Source of the DNA: a virus
Reading direction: 5' to 3' (one strand)
Length of the DNA: 32,521 nucleotides
IMG/VR virus record: IMGVR_UViG_3300045988_012636
Coordinates: 1 to 32,521 of that record
Shown here: in pieces, positions 14,402 to 24,111 of the stretch
Layout of the letters: every line of letters starts with the position of its first letter
Position numbering within the stretch: position 1 is the stretch's first letter
Program-made: the position numbers and the translations under genes
The notes under the pieces: generated by a model
Databases searched by the model: none
Seen by the model: the letters and a program-made list of their open reading frames with translations, nothing else
Told to the model about the DNA's origin: nothing

Positions 14402-15530
14402 TCGAATCCTCCTGCTGCAATGTAGGCGTGATAGTCCACGCCTGACTGAAATCAATCTCGTAGCCGATGATACGGGCGGAACCGTGATTATAGTCGGGAA
14501 AATGCTCGGCGTCTTCCTCCACAGTCCATGCGATAAGGTCGCCCGGCTTCCACTCCTCATACACCATTGGAGCGGATAGCAGACTCAAGCCCATAGTGAT
14601 GGTCTGGGTACCGTTCTGCATCTGCAACAACGAGGACTTGGCATGTTCGTTCAACGTACTCTTGTTCTTGATGCTTGTAGACGGTTGGAACACGTATTCG
14701 ATCATGGGCCGGTTTGGCTGGTCTGCGATCATCCAATCGGACTGGGGACGGTCTCCAGCGTCAGCCGTACTCACTGCCATGACCGCGTTAGCACCATACC
14801 CGTTCGTATAATCCTCCAACAGTGTGAACGTGGTCATGACGCTTTCATCGAACGTGGTGCTTGGCGTGGTGGAACCGATACGGTCGGCTACCGTCATGAC
14901 CGGCTCATAATGACCGTCGTTGATGGCCCGCCATGATGTACACCATTCAGGACCGTTCAACACGTTGGCAAGCTCTTGCAATATGCTTAGCAGGGTCTTG
15001 TCGCTTTCGGCCTCATACGTGCGGTCGCGTTTGATGCTGCTCGGGGACGCTTCGACAATGAGGTTGAACCGGTGGTTTTTAAGCGTGGTGGTTACGAGGT
15101 CTTCAACTATCTCGCACTGGTCACGATTCGTGTACGTGTGATCCTGCACATACACGTTATCGAGATAGTGTTCGACAGTTGCCAGTGTCAACGTCAAACC
15201 GTCGCCGCGCATTGCACGTTCTCGTTTGACCACGATACCGCCCCACAGCACGGTGGATTCGCGCACCAGAAGAATGGCGGCCTGATATGGTGTGGTTGCT
15301 TCATCCCAGTTGCGGGGAGCATTACGCCACGGGAGCGTGGCCGTTTCGCTGGTTGTTTCCTCGAAACGGTACGTCAAGTGAGTCAGTTGAAGGTCTGGGA
15401 GTTCGGCTATCACAGTGCCGTCATCCAATGTGACGGCCACGAACTGCAAACCGGAACGCTGCCACAATACACGCGCCGTGTCAGAGTAGAGGCCGTTCGA
15501 CTGCGGCAATCGGTTAGAGATAAAAGACAT
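14370..15530 (-). CDS. Tail-associated (Tal-like) baseplate hub / minor structural protein
   Basis: 386-aa ORF directly after Dit. Its position and size fit the siphophage Tal N-terminal domain. GGAGG RBS. Confidence 0.6.
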   Translation of the reverse strand: MSFISNRLPQSNGLYSDTARVLWQRSGLQFVAVTLDDGTVIAELPDLQLTHLTYRFEETTSETATLPWRNAPRNWDEATTPYQAAILLVRESTVLWGGIVVKRERAMRGDGLTLTLATVEHYLDNVYVQDHTYTNRDQCEIVEDLVTTTLKNHRFNLIVEASPSSIKRDRTYEAESDKTLLSILQELANVLNGPEWCTSWRAINDGHYEPVMTVADRIGSTTPSTTFDESVMTTFTLLEDYTNGYGANAVMAVSTADAGDRPQSDWMIADQPNRPMIEYVFQPSTSIKNKSTLNEHAKSSLLQMQNGTQTITMGLSLLSAPMVYEEWKPGDLIAWTVEEDAEHFPDYNHGSARIIGYEIDFSQAWTITPTLQQEDSNAEQIQVQSR

Positions 15531-15541
15531 CCTGCACCTCC

Positions 15542-16435
15542 TTAGATGTAAGCCGGGTTGAACGATACCGTCATACGCGCGTTACTCGATGGTTCCTCGG
15601 CGCTGAACATCCAGATATTCTCCCCGATCTGCGCGTAACTCCATTCGCGTCGGATCACACTGCCACGCGCCGGGTCGGTGCCATCGATAAGAATCTCATG
15701 GGTGGCACCGTTAATAAGAATGTAATGACCCTCACCCAACGTGATGTCGAACGCCATGATATGCCCGCTCGGACTATGCTCAACCTGCGGGTTGACCACA
15801 GGCCCATCGATGCGAATAGTCACCGGGCTCGGAGCGCTACCCGTATTCGTGAGGCGTACGCTACCGGACACGGTTGTTTCAGACCAGACCCACGTAGACC
15901 CATTGCGCGTGTTGATATCCTCGAAATGATAGGGGAACGTCATACCTCCCTGACTGTTTGGCAGACCAGTATTCCCGTTCAACGACTGCGTATCGTACAG
16001 ATACGAGTCCAAAGAGGTCAAGCCGATACTGAATTTGAGAATGTTGACGCCAGCCCACTCCACCAATGGCGCGGAAGACGATTGCATGACCTGCACCTGA
16101 CGGCTGATATTCCCCAACTCCACGACAAGCGACTGACCGGTGATATTAAACGACCGTTTGAACGAATCCCAAGCGTTGATACAGTTTTCCGTACATTTGC
16201 CGATGATATGACCCTCAATGGCGATTGAGCGGCCTTGAGCCACGGGAATATTGCTAAACCAACCGTCCGACCATGCTTTGTCCTTGGTCTGCAAGGTCGA
16301 GCCAACACCGTCGAACAGGCCCGAAACGTTCTGAAACGTCACGTGCCACTCGCAACCGTACTGGTCAATACCGTACAATGGGAACCCGTTCAGGGTGAGA
16401 CGAACGTCGCGCGGGTCAAGGGTAAAGATAGCCAT
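15542..16435 (-). CDS. Distal tail protein (Dit)
   Basis: 297-aa ORF immediately downstream of the tape measure gene, the conserved TMP-Dit-Tal order. Confidence 0.65.
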   Translation of the reverse strand: MAIFTLDPRDVRLTLNGFPLYGIDQYGCEWHVTFQNVSGLFDGVGSTLQTKDKAWSDGWFSNIPVAQGRSIAIEGHIIGKCTENCINAWDSFKRSFNITGQSLVVELGNISRQVQVMQSSSAPLVEWAGVNILKFSIGLTSLDSYLYDTQSLNGNTGLPNSQGGMTFPYHFEDINTRNGSTWVWSETTVSGSVRLTNTGSAPSPVTIRIDGPVVNPQVEHSPSGHIMAFDITLGEGHYILINGATHEILIDGTDPARGSVIRREWSYAQIGENIWMFSAEEPSSNARMTVSFNPAYI

Positions 16436-16460
16436 ACCCTCAGTCTACCCGCGCGGCTTG

Positions 16461-18506
16461 TCACACGTAATGGAAATTAATCACCCTCACGGTTTCCTGT
16501 GCCGCTGCGTTCGGGTCAAGAGCGTTCACCGTAATAGGCGCGTTCACACGCGGGCCACTGTTCGCGTTCAGCTTCACCGGATTAGATATGACTGGCATGG
16601 GCGTCACGATGGACGACGGCAGAAGAGAGTCCACCATGTCTTCCACCGGACGAGTGGCCGCACGCTCGTTCTCAGATACGCCACGTCCAAGACCAGCCGG
16701 AATCATCCGACCTATCTCACGGTCGAATACCTTCGACGGGGAATGAATACCCAACATGCTCTTGGCACCGTCGATGATACCGCTAACCGCGTTCTTGACT
16801 GCTGAGATGGCACCGCCGATGGCGTTCGTAATACCGTTAATCAGACCCTGAATAATGTTCTGGCCTGCGCTCAGCAACCATGATCCGGCTCCGCTGAACA
16901 CGCCCATGATACGGCTCGGGATACTGGTGATGAAGCTCATCATGCTGCTAACGCCACTGCTGACAGCGCTGGTAATGCCACTCCATGCGCTGCTTACTGC
17001 TCCCCTGATACCGTTCCACACACTGCTGAAAATACCGCTGATACCGTTCAGGACGCTTGAGATGACGCTCGACACTGCATTGATGGCACCAGAAACGATA
17101 CTTTTGATACCGTCCCAAACACTAGAAACGATATTCTGGATACCTTCCCAGACTCCAGACCAGTCACCGTTAATCGCGGCCAATACTGTGGTGATTATCG
17201 CGTTGATAACGTTCATAACGGAGGTGACAACCGTTTGGATAAATGGAAAAACCGCGTTAATGACACCCTGAATCGCAGAACCCCACGATTGAAACACTGA
17301 CTGAATCACCGGAAGCACCGCCTGAATCAACGCAGCGATGTTAGTGATCACCGGCGTTACAGCAGTAGCGATAACGCTCATGGTCTGCATGACGTTGCTC
17401 ACCACGGTTGCCAACACTGGGGCGATTGTTTGAATTGCGGCCGTGATGATTGGCATGACCGCGTTGCCGAGATTCTGTAAGGCACTCATAAGCGGTTGGA
17501 GCGCCGGAAGCAACTGCGATTGCACTATTCCCACCACCGGCTGGAAAGCGGTCTGGAACGTTGTGCCGATCTGTGAGAGAATCGGGCCGATAGTCTGCAC
17601 CAGTCCCGTAAACACGCCGCTAAGACCACTGATGCCTTGCGCCAACATGCTGATACCGGAGGTCAACGGGCCTTTGAACTGGTCAAGAATCGTCGTACCC
17701 ACGCCAACCACGGACGCTTCCAGATTACCCATAGCGCCTTCGATAGTGCTGGTGCTGGTAGCGGCCTCTTTCGCGGCGTCAGTCATGCCCAAGTCCATTA
17801 TGGCTTGGTTGAATTCCTCCGCTGAAATCTCGCCCTTCTCCATCGCGTCGCGGAAGTTACCGGTGTAAGCGCCATTCTTCAACATCGCTTCCTGAAGTTT
17901 GCCGGAAGCACCCGGAATGGCGTCGGCCAACTGGTTCCAGTTCTCGGTGGTGAGCTTGCCTGCGCCAGCGGTCTGCGTAAGCACCATACCAACCGAGCTG
18001 AAAGTTTCCGCGTTACCACCGGCTACAGCGTTCAAATTACCTGCCGCTTCGGCTAGTTTGTCGAAGCCTTGTACGCCGTTCGCGGCAAGCTGGGCGGTCA
18101 CGTTGCGAATATCGCTGATGCTGTAAACGGTCTGGTCGGCGTAAGTCTGAGTGCTGGCAGTGAGCGCGTCAATCGTACCCGTATCCAATCCGGCGAAGTT
18201 CAGCGTGCTTTTGAACTTGTCCGCCGAGTCGGACGCCTCCACGATATCGCCAGCAAGGTTGCCGATGGCGTCCACAGCCATGCCGATCCCCGCAGAGACA
18301 AGACCGCCAACGGCACCGGCGGCGGCACCGAACTTTCCGAAACCGCTGGAAGACTTGCCAGCCGACTTGTCAACGTCACCCAACGCTCCATCAGCCTGCC
18401 GTGCCGACGTTTCGATTTGACGGCTACCCGATTGAATATCCTTGACGCCAGCGTTCCAATCGCCGGTGTTGATCTCGGCGTCTAGGGTCAGTGTCGCGTC
18501 GGCCAT
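16461..18506 (-). CDS. Tape measure protein
   Basis: About 680 aa with long hydrophobic/Gly-Ser-Ala-rich helical repeats (..SGISGLSGVFTGLVQTIGPIL..AINAVSSVISSVLNGISGIFSSVWNGI..). It follows the chaperone genes. Confidence 0.9.
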   Translation of the reverse strand: MADATLTLDAEINTGDWNAGVKDIQSGSRQIETSARQADGALGDVDKSAGKSSSGFGKFGAAAGAVGGLVSAGIGMAVDAIGNLAGDIVEASDSADKFKSTLNFAGLDTGTIDALTASTQTYADQTVYSISDIRNVTAQLAANGVQGFDKLAEAAGNLNAVAGGNAETFSSVGMVLTQTAGAGKLTTENWNQLADAIPGASGKLQEAMLKNGAYTGNFRDAMEKGEISAEEFNQAIMDLGMTDAAKEAATSTSTIEGAMGNLEASVVGVGTTILDQFKGPLTSGISMLAQGISGLSGVFTGLVQTIGPILSQIGTTFQTAFQPVVGIVQSQLLPALQPLMSALQNLGNAVMPIITAAIQTIAPVLATVVSNVMQTMSVIATAVTPVITNIAALIQAVLPVIQSVFQSWGSAIQGVINAVFPFIQTVVTSVMNVINAIITTVLAAINGDWSGVWEGIQNIVSSVWDGIKSIVSGAINAVSSVISSVLNGISGIFSSVWNGIRGAVSSAWSGITSAVSSGVSSMMSFITSIPSRIMGVFSGAGSWLLSAGQNIIQGLINGITNAIGGAISAVKNAVSGIIDGAKSMLGIHSPSKVFDREIGRMIPAGLGRGVSENERAATRPVEDMVDSLLPSSIVTPMPVISNPVKLNANSGPRVNAPITVNALDPNAAAQETVRVINFHYV

Positions 18507-18835
18507 CACAAATCCTTCCCAAGATTATTGATGATGCTGGTTATCTTCCTGTCGCCGTGCTTGCTGAACGCGGCGGCGATGCAATCGAACGTCATGCGAT
18601 ACTGGTCGGCCAGCTTCACACGTCTAATGCGGCGTCCCTCTTTTATGAGTTTCATCATCAGGTCGGGGGCCACGTTGTTCTCCAATACGTCGCGGATAGC
18701 CTGCCACCCATACAAGTCACCCAATTCGGCGAGGATACGAACGGACGGAAGCGGCTTGCGAGCCGCCTCCTTCTGCTTGTAACTCTTCATCGCCTCCCGC
18801 TCGGCGGGAGTAAGCAGGCTATCCCACGACTTCAT
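18506..18835 (-). CDS. Tail assembly chaperone-region protein (gpT position)
   Basis: 109-aa ORF between the gpG-like ORF and the TMP. Its ATG directly follows, in the same frame, the TAA of the upstream ORF. Confidence 0.55.
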   Translation of the reverse strand: MKSWDSLLTPAEREAMKSYKQKEAARKPLPSVRILAELGDLYGWQAIRDVLENNVAPDLMMKLIKEGRRIRRVKLADQYRMTFDCIAAAFSKHGDRKITSIINNLGKDL

Positions 18836-19189
18836 TTATTCGCCCTTGATGTCAACGGTGATGTTCTTCGCCATAAGCCCGCACAACGCGGTCATGGCAC
18901 GCTGATAGGCAAGGTCGCTACGCTTACGGGTCTGTTCAGCCCACTCGGAGAATTTATCAGCTGGACTCATAAGCGATTCAACCAGCGGGAAAATAATCTT
19001 TTCCGCGGTTTCCAAAGTCTCACGGTTCGCCACGCCAGCGCTCAGCTTGTCGATTGTCTCCGCATTATCCAAGATCGTGAGCATGTCCTTCGAGCCGAGC
19101 GGGCGCATGGTGTACACCGTACCGTCGATTTTCACGGTGAGGGTGCGGAACGCTTCTCGGGTGTCGATGCTCAAAACCGGTGTGGTCAT
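18836..19189 (-). CDS. Tail assembly chaperone (gpG position)
   Basis: 117-aa acidic ORF after the major tail gene. GGAG RBS before the ATG at 19189. Confidence 0.6.
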   Translation of the reverse strand: MTTPVLSIDTREAFRTLTVKIDGTVYTMRPLGSKDMLTILDNAETIDKLSAGVANRETLETAEKIIFPLVESLMSPADKFSEWAEQTRKRSDLAYQRAMTALCGLMAKNITVDIKGE

Positions 19190-19252
19190 TATTGCTCCAA
19201 TCATGTGATATCATGTGACTGTTCCCGCTCTAGGAACATTCCCTCTCAACTG

Positions 19253-19283
19253 CGCCCGCCACCCACAATTCTGGTGGCGGGCG
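19253..19283 (-). terminator. Hairpin (11-bp perfect stem) after the major tail protein gene; attenuator or mRNA-stabilising element
   Basis: CGCCCGCCACC (19253-19263) pairs with GGTGGCGGGCG (19273-19283). No clear U-tract on the minus strand. Confidence 0.45.
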
Positions 19284-19297
19284 TTACTTATGCTCAC

Positions 19298-20119
19298 TTA
19301 CTTGATATTGAAGTTAACCACGGTCTGCACACTGCCGCTCTTGAACGTGACGGTACCCGTACCGGTCTGCTTCAACTGAATATCCCAAGTGCCGTCCCCG
19401 TTGTCCGTAGCGGAAGCCTTAGCAGTGTCGGCTACCGTGGCGGTGATGCTGCCAGTCGCACCATTCGGGGAGGCCACCACATTGACCGTCACATGATCGT
19501 TGACTTTGCCGGAAATGTTCGTCGGGGAAGCGGTAAGCGCTGTGACCTCAACGGTCTCCGTCTTGATAGTGCCGGAATCTTCGTCGTAATACGACGGGGT
19601 ATCCAGATCAAGTTCGCCCATGACCACGGCACCGTTCGCACCGGAGGTCATCGAACCGGTCAGCTTGACCACGAACGGGTCGGACAGACTCAGAGTGAAT
19701 TCGCCGCCCGCGCTGATTAGCGCCTGCGGAATACGGAAGTCCTGCGCAGACGAATGGCCATCGCACACGTTATGAATGATAATGTCACGCGGAGTGTTCG
19801 ATACGCATTCGTTTGCGCCGAAACGCACCTGACCCGTCTCAGACAGCGAACCGGAGATAACACGCTTGAATTTCGCATTATGGTACAGCTCCGGGAACAA
19901 CATTCCGAGGTAACGAACGCTCGGACAGATAATGTTCAGCTCGAAACTCATTTCCTCGTAGGAGCCGTTCGGCACGTTGATGGTGCCGGACTGCGAAGAA
20001 ACCTCGGTAGTGCCGGGAGTCAGGGTAATGGAGCCCACTTCATCTTGCACGAAGTCGGGGCTGATTACGAGGTCGTCAATGTATACGGTCTTTTTACCGA
20101 TTAGTGGGTAGGAGGCCAT
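19298..20119 (-). CDS. Major tail protein with C-terminal Ig-like (Big_2-type) domain
   Basis: Position upstream of the chaperones. The C-terminus VTALTASPTNISGKVNDHVTVNVVASPNGATGSITATVADTAKASATDNGDGTWDIQLKQTGTGTVTFKSG is Ig-like. Confidence 0.75.
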   Translation of the reverse strand: MASYPLIGKKTVYIDDLVISPDFVQDEVGSITLTPGTTEVSSQSGTINVPNGSYEEMSFELNIICPSVRYLGMLFPELYHNAKFKRVISGSLSETGQVRFGANECVSNTPRDIIIHNVCDGHSSAQDFRIPQALISAGGEFTLSLSDPFVVKLTGSMTSGANGAVVMGELDLDTPSYYDEDSGTIKTETVEVTALTASPTNISGKVNDHVTVNVVASPNGATGSITATVADTAKASATDNGDGTWDIQLKQTGTGTVTFKSGSVQTVVNFNIK

Positions 20120-20172
20120 TGTAATGTCCTTTCGTCGGGCGGGACTGCACGCGCGCGACTAATGGACGGTTC

Positions 20173-20601
20173 CTATTCTACCGTTTCAGTGGAGAGTTTG
20201 TAATCCACGTTGAATCGGATGCTTTTCACCCAGCGTCCTTCTCCGTCGATGGCGTCCATGTCGATGGCGGTCGCCGGATGCACGCGGATTGATACAAAGT
20301 CAATATCGGCAATGGGGTTACAGGTCAGTTTGCAATAGTCATGCAGACGATTGTTGACGAAGTGCAGGAGTCTGAGCATCAACCGTCCTTGCTCGATCAC
20401 GTCGAAGTAGCGGCTGCTTACCGTGAGCTGATCCGTGTACAGGTCGCCATTGATGTCCACAGTGTTCGCGTTGACCCAGATTCCCTCGGCGTTTGTGACG
20501 CTGCCCGTGTCCAGTACTGGGCTGGTGCCGAAGAACAATGTCTTTCCGTAAGTGCCGAAACCCTCGTTTTGGAGGGTCATGCACATGGCCAGATCAATCA
20601 T
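20173..20601 (-). CDS. Neck / tail terminator-type protein (minor capsid protein family, putative)
   Basis: 142-aa ORF in the head-tail joining block. AGGAG RBS. Confidence 0.5.
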   Translation of the reverse strand: MIDLAMCMTLQNEGFGTYGKTLFFGTSPVLDTGSVTNAEGIWVNANTVDINGDLYTDQLTVSSRYFDVIEQGRLMLRLLHFVNNRLHDYCKLTCNPIADIDFVSIRVHPATAIDMDAIDGEGRWVKSIRFNVDYKLSTETVE

Positions 20602-20611
20602 AATGTCGCTC

Positions 20612-20935
20612 CTATCCTAGGTTGAAATACGACTTGGCTCTGGAGGCGGCAGTGTTCCGCGCTCGCTGGAGGTAGCGCACCGTGTTCGGGTGCAGCCGGT
20701 TCGTATGTTCGCGGATACGCGCGTAAGGAACGCGACTGTTGCCGAACGTGATACGCCACTTCACGGTGGAAAGTTGTTGGAAGCGTCCGCTGTTACGCAA
20801 AGCGCCGGTGAGTACTGGAGCGTTCTGACGGGCCATCTTGAGAATGTCCGTCATCATTCTCACGCCGCCCTTGTTCAACTGTTGGGTGGATAGTTTGCGC
20901 GCCCAATCAGCGGACAACTGTAACCGGTAGCTCAT
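20612..20935 (-). CDS. HK97 gp10-like head-tail joining protein
   Basis: ..MARQNAPVLTGALRNSG.. matches the gp10-family P-x-x-TG-x-L-R-x-S pattern. Confidence 0.6.
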   Translation of the reverse strand: MSYRLQLSADWARKLSTQQLNKGGVRMMTDILKMARQNAPVLTGALRNSGRFQQLSTVKWRITFGNSRVPYARIREHTNRLHPNTVRYLQRARNTAASRAKSYFNLG

Positions 20936-21303
20936 AGACTATCCCTTCCATACGGGTTCCCATACACGGTGATGAACCGAGTTTCCCCCATGTCCATATC
21001 ATCGCCGCGACTGGCTTGCGTGACTTGGTACACTCTGCCATCGGACAATTCCAGCATGAGATCGGGCCATAGTTCCATGTTTTCCCGCAAGTTCTCGGGA
21101 ACCGTGTCCGTTTGAATATGGAAGCGTCGGATGCTGGTACGCGAACCGTATTCGGTCGGCTGGTCGGACTGTGTGGAATGCTTCACAATCACATGCACGT
21201 CGGCCAATTGTTCGTTAGGCAGGCCGGGAGCCGTGTACCGCCAAAGCGTAGCTGTCTGAACTTGGTGTGGGAACAAGCGGAACGGGTCACATAGCGTTGC
21301 CAT
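20932..21303 (-). CDS. Head closure / head-tail joining protein (putative)
   Basis: 123-aa ORF, overlapping-coupled within the neck gene block. Confidence 0.5.
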   Translation of the reverse strand: MATLCDPFRLFPHQVQTATLWRYTAPGLPNEQLADVHVIVKHSTQSDQPTEYGSRTSIRRFHIQTDTVPENLRENMELWPDLMLELSDGRVYQVTQASRGDDMDMGETRFITVYGNPYGRDSL

Positions 21304-21949
21304 AAGCGTAATTACCTCCCATATAGTCCTGAGCGTTCAACCACCACGGCAGATTATGGTGTTTGCGAGGCATGGAGAGGATGCCACCGGTCTGAGTGCC
21401 GTTTTGGCATAGGCTCCATTGGTTGATAAGAGACTGGTACGGGGTCAACGCACGTTCCATAGCCGTCTCGTTGCTCGTTGCGTAGCTTACGCTCACATCT
21501 TCGATACTCTTGGACGTGATGCGGTCGGTCTGGTCAAGAACGTTCTGGTCTGCCTCGATGATTGCAGCCAATACCGAAGATAATGGTGAGGGGAGTTTGG
21601 CGAACCCGTGTGTTCCGGTCACGGTGATTGCCGTGCCCGCAGTGAGACGCTGAGCAATGGTCAAGCAATTTGCGTACTTGGTTTCTGGCTTCCACCCGTC
21701 GCCCATATCATAGTTCACATGAAAATCGAGGTTCACCCCGTCGGTGGTCTGCACGTTGGTCACCTCCGAATACCATGCCAAAAGGGCTATGTGGCGGCCA
21801 TCTCCTACGACGATTCCCCCGTAATCATCTGTAAGCTGGGTTAAGGTTTTTTGGCATAGAATGTTGGCGAGGTCTGCGAGCGCGGCATCCTTCCACCGTG
21901 CGTAGTTCGCGTCTCCCACCTGATTGATTACGCTGGCGTCGATGTCCAT
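21287..21949 (-). CDS. Head-tail adaptor region protein (putative)
   Basis: 220-aa ORF. It is the first gene after the capsid-gene terminator. Confidence 0.45.
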   Translation of the reverse strand: MDIDASVINQVGDANYARWKDAALADLANILCQKTLTQLTDDYGGIVVGDGRHIALLAWYSEVTNVQTTDGVNLDFHVNYDMGDGWKPETKYANCLTIAQRLTAGTAITVTGTHGFAKLPSPLSSVLAAIIEADQNVLDQTDRITSKSIEDVSVSYATSNETAMERALTPYQSLINQWSLCQNGTQTGGILSMPRKHHNLPWWLNAQDYMGGNYAYGNAM

Positions 21950-21973
21950 GTTTGCTCCTTCCAGAAATGAGTT

Positions 21974-22006
21974 AGGCCCTACCTCCCATTGTAGGAGATA
22001 GGGCCT
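21974..22006 (-). terminator. Hairpin terminator/attenuator downstream of the capsid genes
   Basis: On the minus-strand RNA, AGGCCCUAUCUCC pairs with GGAGGUAGGGCCU: a 13-bp stem with one G-U pair. AACUCAUUUCU follows. Confidence 0.55.
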
Positions 22007-22042
22007 TTGCGGTGCAGTCCCGCTACTGTTTAGGGTAGCGTG

Positions 22043-22243
22043 TTAGGCGGACGCCATCAATCCTGCGGCGATCAGAGCGTTCACCACCTGCGTTACTGTG
22101 CCGGACGTCGGGTCAACGTGAGCGGCCTTACCGACAGGCTGACCATTTTCGTTCACGAAGTTGATGACCTTAACCGTGTTCATGTTGTCTTTTGGCAGTG
22201 CCTTGCCGCCGACTCGTGCGTACATTTCAGCGTTCATCATCAC
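22043..22243 (-). CDS. Small head-associated hypothetical protein (66 aa)
   Basis: The ORF starts within the GTGATGATG overlapping the capsid gene stop. It lies between the MCP gene and the terminator. Confidence 0.55.
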   Translation of the reverse strand: MMMNAEMYARVGGKALPKDNMNTVKVINFVNENGQPVGKAAHVDPTSGTVTQVVNALIAAGLMASA

Positions 22244-24063
22244 TTACCCTTCGGCTTGATGACCACGGCGGACTTCTCAGCGTCCAAACCGCCACCAGCA
22301 TAGATCTCCTGAAGATACTCGTTGGTGTTCGTGGACAATGCGAAGTTCGTGAACGCCTCGATGGACGTATCGCCAACCACAGCGTAATGGGAGGCAGACA
22401 TGATAACGCCCATAGTCGTATTATCGTCCGTGTCAGTCCACCATTCCGGGGTGATGATCTGGTTTACGCCGAGGGCGCGGGCCAGAGTATCGTCACCGCC
22501 GAGAGCGATGTACGTGTTGCCGTTCGCGTTCGCGGACATCAGCAGGTCGGCTACAGTGTCAGCGTTGCACAGCAGCACCTTGTTTCCCTGAGCTCGAACC
22601 ATGTGGGAGGCGCGCACGAAGTCCATCAGCGGAGCCGCATCCGTCATGGTGTAGGAGAGTGCGAAACGGTTGCCCTTCCAACCGGACGAGGACGAATTGT
22701 CTCCCGCGTCGGTCACGACAGAACGGAAGTGAGTCATGTCCGTGTAGCTGCCGAGCGTAATCTGACGTTCGATGGTCTGGACGATGTAGTTCGGGAGTTC
22801 CTGAAGCACGTAGCGGAGCAGAGCGCCCGGACGCTGGGTGCGGCGGATATCGCCCTTGTTCAGGGTGATGTACTTGTAGGTGTAGTCTGCCTGAAGTTCA
22901 CGCTTCACGAACGAAAGCGTCTGTTCCTTCTTCTTCTGGCCGTACTCGGTCACCGGGTAGCCGTGGGCGCGGGTCGCATCGGTCAGACCAGTAATGTTGC
23001 CGCCGATGGTGAGGCGATCCATGCCGGTCTTGCGCAGCAGGTTCCACAGGCCGGAGCCGCGCGTGTTCAGCGCGTCCGAGATTGTGGTGATGGCTTCGGT
23101 AGGGATGAACTTGGTCACGTTGGTGTTGTCAACGCCGAACGACGCGGTGTCCGACATGTTACGGTTCACGGTGTCAGCCCACTCACGGTGGAACGCTTCA
23201 ACACCCTTGTTATCGGTATCAATCAGGGCACGCTCGAACGCGATCATGGCGTCATCGGAGTCAAGCCACGTCTTACGGTCGTGGGAGAACTTCACGGTAC
23301 CCGACTGATGGGCGGCGTGATTGGCCTTGTTGATGATGATGGTCTGGCGGGCGTTGGAAGTCTGCACGGGTTCCTCCGGGGCTGGAGTGTTTTCCTGATT
23401 GTCAGATTCGGACTGTGCTCCGATGGCTTCGGTGATGTCATCGAGCGCGCCCTGCATGATGTCACCGATGCTGTTGGTGAGCTGTTCCGCCTCGTCCGGG
23501 GTGAGTTTGAACTGGGCGATGGTACGCGCCAGCTTCTTCAGGAGTTCCGGGTTCATGGTGTCTCCATTCTTAGTGTTGCGGCTGTTGATTGCTGTGAAAG
23601 CGGCCCGAGGGTCGGCACCACGATAGACGACGCTGATTTCCAGTAGTTCGCCATCGTGGATGATACCGTCTTTGCCGGGACGCTTGTTGAATTCAACGGT
23701 GATGCTGAAACTGTTGGTCAAGCATCCGTCGGCTGCAAGCTGGCGGATACGTTCGCCTTGGTCTACCTCGCTGAGTTTCGCTTCGGCCATTAGTCCAGCG
23801 TCGGTCATCCAAAGTCGGGTGATTGCACCCGCTTGGCATTCGATGCTGGGCATGTGGTCGATCAGCAACGGTAGTGATAGTTTGTCGGACTCTGTGAGGT
23901 CGGACACGAGTTTCAGAGTGCCGTCGATTAACGGCGCTTTCAGTGTCTTCAAGTCTACGGTGAGTCCGTCGCACATCACTTTGCCGCTGTTGGCGAGGAA
24001 TGTGAGGGTACGACCATTGGTTTCTGGGGCACCGCTGTTGGCGAAGCTCTTACGAGTCTTCAT
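22240..24063 (-). CDS. Prohead protease - scaffold-like linker - HK97-type major capsid protein fusion
   Basis: The N-terminus LLIDHMPS...GCLTNSFSITVEF...ELLEISVVYRGADPRAAF matches the HK97 prohead protease pattern. An acidic helical linker and a capsid-sized domain of about 330 aa follow. Confidence 0.7.
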   Translation of the reverse strand: MKTRKSFANSGAPETNGRTLTFLANSGKVMCDGLTVDLKTLKAPLIDGTLKLVSDLTESDKLSLPLLIDHMPSIECQAGAITRLWMTDAGLMAEAKLSEVDQGERIRQLAADGCLTNSFSITVEFNKRPGKDGIIHDGELLEISVVYRGADPRAAFTAINSRNTKNGDTMNPELLKKLARTIAQFKLTPDEAEQLTNSIGDIMQGALDDITEAIGAQSESDNQENTPAPEEPVQTSNARQTIIINKANHAAHQSGTVKFSHDRKTWLDSDDAMIAFERALIDTDNKGVEAFHREWADTVNRNMSDTASFGVDNTNVTKFIPTEAITTISDALNTRGSGLWNLLRKTGMDRLTIGGNITGLTDATRAHGYPVTEYGQKKKEQTLSFVKRELQADYTYKYITLNKGDIRRTQRPGALLRYVLQELPNYIVQTIERQITLGSYTDMTHFRSVVTDAGDNSSSSGWKGNRFALSYTMTDAAPLMDFVRASHMVRAQGNKVLLCNADTVADLLMSANANGNTYIALGGDDTLARALGVNQIITPEWWTDTDDNTTMGVIMSASHYAVVGDTSIEAFTNFALSTNTNEYLQEIYAGGGLDAEKSAVVIKPKGK

Positions 24064-24111
24064 CTTGGCCCTTTCAATAGGTAGTGGTGCGGTCGAACGT
24101 CCTTAATGGGC

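Noticed and set aside
18491-19720. 409-aa plus-strand ORF spanning the chaperone and major-tail genes
   Set aside because: It crosses three well-supported minus-strand genes and an intergenic hairpin, has an Arg/His/Gly-rich composition, and has no RBS.
22192-23646. 484-aa plus-strand ORF antisense to the protease-capsid gene
   Set aside because: Its translation is R/G/H/V-rich and low in K/N/I, typical of the non-coding frame of GC-rich coding DNA. The opposite strand has clear protease and capsid motifs and fits the operon layout.
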